Below are positions 59,371 through 64,000 of a stretch of DNA of 64,000 bases, piece after piece. The translations under genes and the position numbers were made by a program. The notes beneath the pieces are model-generated. The model searched no databases. It was not told the DNA's origin and was given only the letters and a program-made list of their open reading frames with translations. The stretch covers positions 34,040,001 through 34,104,000 of the forward strand of contig OZ076409.1 in the NCBI GenBank assembly GCA_964187785.1, read 5' to 3'. Numbering within the stretch: position 1 is the first letter of the stretch; each line of letters begins with the position of its first letter. This DNA is from Amphiscolops sp. MND2022. Its lineage: Eukaryota.

Positions 59371-62300
59371 TGAGACCTCATTTTTTGGCGACCACAGAGG
59401 GATCGCTTCCGATTACTGCCCTATTGTATGGTTTTAAAATTTCCGACCCCCTGGTATCGGACGCCAAGAACGATTGGACTCTGGAAGGAGACGTTTACCC
59501 AGAGTTTTTCCAAATTTTTTAGATGATATGACATTATATTTTGGTATTTTTCCTGTATTTCGGGGGATTTTCCCGAGTACCTTTGGTATATTTCGATAAC
59601 AGGTACTTGTTGACAGATATCGTCTAAAATTGCAAGGTTCCCATCAGCGGGTATCTTTTTTGCAGGTGTAGAGGACCGTAGCACGTGGCTACGGGTGTTT
59701 AACAGGTTTTTTGAGCTATTTTCAGCCATTTTATGCCATGCAAGAAGGTGACTGGTGGATGGTTAGCCACGAGCCAGCGAGGCGGCCGAGGGGTCAAATC
59801 GTGTGTTGCCTACTTCCTACTCCCATTTCTCGTGGAGACGTCCTAGAGGCATGGTTTTTGGTGGACAGCAAGTGCAATAGCAGACAATGCTAATGGTCCA
59901 AACCGCGTGTCTCTATCTGGTCTGGATGTGGAGAAAAAGCGTGGTGAAGATGTACCCCCTGTGACCAGAAGTGTCGCTCAAATGGCTCATGGTGGGCGAA
60001 AATTTTGAAAATGAACCTTTTTCGATGGGGAATTGTTTGGTAAGCCTAGTTTCCTCTTGTTGCAACTTAGTGTGTGCTTTTGCACCCGTTGTCAGTGAAA
60101 AAAGTGCGATTTTTAGTGCAAAAGTCGCAAAAACGTGATTTTTGGCATTTTTGAGTACTTTTCTTGGTACGAGCGCGAGCGCTCGAAGTATTAGCCATAG
60201 CAGTTGCAAAAATGAATAGAAAGCAGCCCAAAACCTGGAGGGTTATGCTACATAATGTAACGACAACCAGAAAGGCCGTTGGAGACCTTTTTGAGACACA
60301 TTTTGCATGAAAAAACCCGGTTTTTGGCGAAATTGGCAAAAAACCACTACGAAATGCCACTGGGAGAGTGCTGGATTGTGATGTAATTGCCTCTTCCGTG
60401 CTGCTATTAGTTTGGGGCACACTCCACAGTACCGAAAATAGGATTTAAGAGAGTTTGTAACGTTTTCTTGGTGAGAACAAGTTGAAAAACCTTGAATTTT
60501 GGCCAGTTTCAGGAGTGCCAGAGTGCATCATTAAAACCTCTGGGGCACTCAGTGTTTTCGAGACCTGGGAGCCCGCGCGCTCTCATTTTCTGTTTTTGTA
60601 GTAAAAAAAACGCATTGTGGTGAAAACCGCGTGCAAAAATTCCTTTTCAGTGCTGAGAAAAGTTGAAAAACCTTGATATTTAGTCAGTTTCAGGAGTGTC
60701 TGAGTACACAATTAAAACCACATGGGCACTCTGTCTTTTTGTTAGCTAGGAGCTTCCGCGCTCTAATTTTCTGTTTTTATCATAAAAATAACGCGTGGTG
60801 GTGAAAACCGCGTGTAAAAACTCCCATTCAGTGCTGAGAAAAGCGAAAAAACGCACTGAATTTGATCAATTTTCCACAAGATCGGACTGTCTCTGAGCTA
60901 GGGTCGGGTCATCGATTCCTGAACCCTAGCCAAAAAGTGGTTGCATTTTCGTAACCACCACAAAAATTAACGTTAGTGCCGAAAATTTGGTGGGCGTATC
61001 GCTCACCAAAGTCGAGAAAAGCTCTCTGACATTTCGACCTCAGAGAAGCGTAAAAGGACCGAAAAAATCCAAAACTGCAGGACTGTCAGTGCCTTATACC
61101 TAACGGGCACAACCAATTGAGGGTTTATCCCAGTGCTACGGATAGTGGGGCGACACGTTGGTCCCATTTTGCCCGCCGTATCATTTTCTGAGGTGATCCT
61201 CTTGGTCAATTTGTGAAAAAAGTCGTCAAAAACAGTGTTTTTTCGTGTACAACGTACATAGTGGGTCGAAACCTCAAATAAGCGCTCGCGCTTCAATTCG
61301 ACCATATCAGTGGCATTGTAGGTGCCCACTGGCATAAACTACCAAGTTTGGTGCCGATCTGTGTGATACTTGTTGAGAAAATAGGAAAAACGTGGCACCC
61401 AAAAAGGCGTGCAAAAAGGCAGTTTTTTCTTAATTTTTCCAAGTAACCCGGGCACCTCAGCCGACGGGTGGGGCTATATTGCAGCCCACCATCGTAACCT
61501 GTGCTAGTTCCTACGTTGCTGCAGAGAATTTGAGCTTGCTAGCTTTTTCCAGTGGACCGCAATCTTGAAAAAGACGTGAAAAACCGTGTATTTCGGTACA
61601 TAGTGGTACCGCACGTCTGTACCTAGGTGAAACTGTGTAGAAGGGGTGCAGCTCAATTCTGTGTTCATTTTCGTAAACCTACGTGTACCTAAGATCTGCT
61701 GGTCAATTTTGGGCTTGATACAGCGCTTCCAGCGCACACACGAGCCTCTTGAGTGTTGTGGTGCGATTTTTGGAAATTTCAAAAATTGTTCGAATTTCTT
61801 CCTGTGGGTGACTGGAGACTTTTTGCCCTAGACCAGGTTGATTTTCGGGCCCAGTGAGCTTGTGGGAAAGCGCTGTGCAAATTTGAACAGCCTACGAGCC
61901 TTAGAACGTGCTTTGAAAAATCTTGGACGTTGAAAAACATCAATTTTCTTAAGTCCTCACCGAGACGAGCAGAGGGCCAAATCCTTGAGGAGACCCCCTG
62001 CAAGCCTACCAGCGTCTGTTTTACTATTCTAACAGCGTGATTGGTGCCTACTGACAGCGTCTGCCAAGTTTGGTGTCAATTGGAACTGTATCTGTTGAGA
62101 AATTGACTAAAACAAACTGCACAAGAAGGTGCGCAAGAAGGCGAATTCTACGAAGTCTGGTGGGATTGCCTGAACACCTTATTCAAAGAGTGGGACCAAA
62201 TTGCTGCCCACTATCGTAATCAGTGCAAGTTTATCGTATCGTTGCCAAAAAACGAGCTTGGGAGCTCTTTGCTGTTTGCCGGAATCTGAGTTGACACGTG

Positions 62301-63278
62301 AAGAACACTGCATTTTGGAACACGGTGATACGGAACGTCAGTATCAGATCTAAATCTTGCCCAGTGGTCTGAATTCTCATTGGTTGTTACTGTAGTGTAG
62401 CTGGCTATACTTGTGATCGCGTGACCAATTTTGAGCCAATTTTGCACGTTTCCAGCACTTGTAAAAGCCATTTGAGTGATTTTCGAAAACAGTTGAAAAA
62501 TCCAAAAATCGTTGAAAAAGGCTCTAGCGCGAAGCTGGAGGCAATCATCAGCTACGGAAGGTTATTTTTCTGACTTGTGTGGCTGACAAATTGTGCTGTG
62601 TCATTTTGTACCCAGTACGAGTGATAAAACTGAATTTGACTTTGTTCAGACACACGTTTTGAACGAAAATCCCGAAAACGCCAGAAAAACTATCAGTGTA
62701 AATCCTCAATACTTCCGCTGTACAGGAGGCAGACCCAAAAAGCCTTCATTTTCCAACGGAACGGACCCAGTAGACCTTCCTGGGTGCAAACGAGGCAAAT
62801 CCCACGGTTCAAAAAAATTGCCGGCAGGGGTCATAAATTTTGGACTCCTCTGGAACTTTGAAATTTGATCCTGAACAGTTCAAGGCAGCAGTTTTAAGTG
62901 CCTGCGACGCACTCTGGACTACATTTTCCAACCGAAAATTGCTAGGAGTTACCTTGAGCAGGGTTTTCGATATCCAAAAGAGACCCTGAGTGTTCCGACT
63001 TAGCCAAAATCACAAAATTTTGGGAGGAGCAACTTCCTAGTGACGAAAAATTTGACCGGATTGCCCGAGTGTGACACCTTTTTGAACACTCTGGTGCCTC
63101 ATTTTGGTGTTATTTCGCTGTATCGAGTAGCACCAACGCCGAATATTACGCCAAATTTGCAGAGAACTCTTTTGGGCAATTGCAAAATACCCAAATCTCT
63201 CGAGGTTGAGAGGCGAAGTTGATACCGAGTTTGCTGAAAGACTCCTTTGAGCCACATCCTGCTACATCTAACGCTGGA

Positions 63279-64000
63279 ATGAAACCTTCGGAACAATTCC
63301 AACGCCTCTGCTTCTTTTTGAAGGGGGGAGAGGGGACCAGCGCAGCACAACCAATCGATGAACCGGCCTCGATATCTTTGAACAACGCAACCATGGGCAT
63401 TGCTCACACGTCGCCTAGGGATCGAGGCGGGTTGCTCGAGAGCAATCATGGTACTGATGACCCAAAAGATGAATTGATATCTCCCGAACAGTTGAAATTC
63501 ACGGAGGCGATATCCAAAACTATAACTAATGCGTTGGCTCCCTTGATTGCCAATCGTGATCAAACCGCTGTTCGACCAACCTTATACAGAGGTTCGAAAG
63601 ACGGGACTGTTGAAGAGTGGTTGCTCGTGATGAAACGGTATTTGGAGCGAGTTTATTCCAATGCTTCACCTGACGACAAGACCTGGGCGATAATCGATCA
63701 CTTAGGTGATGAAGCTCGGAGTTTTATAATCAACAAACCGGAGTCCGAACGGGATTCTCACGAGAAGGTGACTACCTTGCTCTCCAGCAGATTTGGGTCT
63801 GGGAGTAACCGCTGGCCAGTGAGGCAGGCTTTCAGGCTGCGGAATCAGCTTGAGAAAGAGGGCCTGATGCAGTATCTAGATGCATTAGAGGGTCTGAGGA
63901 GTCAGGGTTTTCCTGATGAGCCTATCACAACCCGACGCTATGAAATCTTGCATCGGTTCATGGATGGGGTCAGCGATTCCGTGTTGCAACGAGAACTGAC
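63279..64000 (+). CDS. gag-pol: 5' part of Gag-Pol of unit 5 (runs off the window; absent from the ORF track because no stop is seen)
   Basis: ATGAAACCTTCGGAAC... is collinear with 49230 onward (MKPSEQFQR...FMDGVSDSVLQREL). Confidence 0.9.
   Translation, partial: MKPSEQFQRLCFFLKGGEGTSAAQPIDEPASISLNNATMGIAHTSPRDRGGLLESNHGTDDPKDELISPEQLKFTEAISKTITNALAPLIANRDQTAVRPTLYRGSKDGTVEEWLLVMKRYLERVYSNASPDDKTWAIIDHLGDEARSFIINKPESERDSHEKVTTLLSSRFGSGSNRWPVRQAFRLRNQLEKEGLMQYLDALEGLRSQGFPDEPITTRRYEILHRFMDGVSDSVLQREL

Larger units (their letters stand above)
2222..64000 (+). repeat. Head-to-tail tandem array of a Ty3/Gypsy LTR retrotransposon with shared LTRs (4 complete units plus 1 partial, ~14.05 kb period)
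   Basis: Near-identical blocks recur with LTR starts at 2222, 16273, 30500, 44549 and 58598. The ORF track repeats with the same offsets. Each LTR has a PPT upstream and a PBS downstream. Confidence 0.97.
58598..64000 (+). mobile_element. Ty3/Gypsy LTR retrotransposon, unit 5, truncated by the window end
   Basis: LTR, PBS, leader and start of gag, nearly identical to units 3 and 4. Confidence 0.93.

Overview
Eukaryotic repeat DNA with no host genes. Nearly the whole window is a head-to-tail array of one Ty3/Gypsy LTR retrotransposon, with a period of about 14.05 kb (14,051, 14,227, 14,049 and 14,049 bp). Neighbouring copies share a single LTR of 773-783 bp bounded by TGTAACGGCAAGC...GCTTGCCGTTACA. 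There are five LTRs, four complete internal regions and a fifth cut by the window end. Each unit has a tRNA-Arg-type PBS, a ~3.8 kb non-coding leader with ~180-bp repeats, one ~2,770-codon Gag-PR-RT-RNaseH-IN ORF and a ~1.1 kb 3' UTR. The ORF is intact in units 1-2 and has a single frameshift in the integrase in units 3-4. The polyprotein carries unusual extras: a degenerate second protease-like module, a dUTPase-like module, and a ~770-aa tail after integrase. The tail holds an AT-hook-like motif, a Cys cluster and two tandem, apparently inactive TARG1/OARD1-like macrodomains. The leftmost LTR is the 3' LTR of a different, related element whose last ORF encodes a coiled coil and three RRGRPP repeats, possibly a non-autonomous partner. 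The units are sequence mosaics of one another. All domain calls are by eye; no searches were run.
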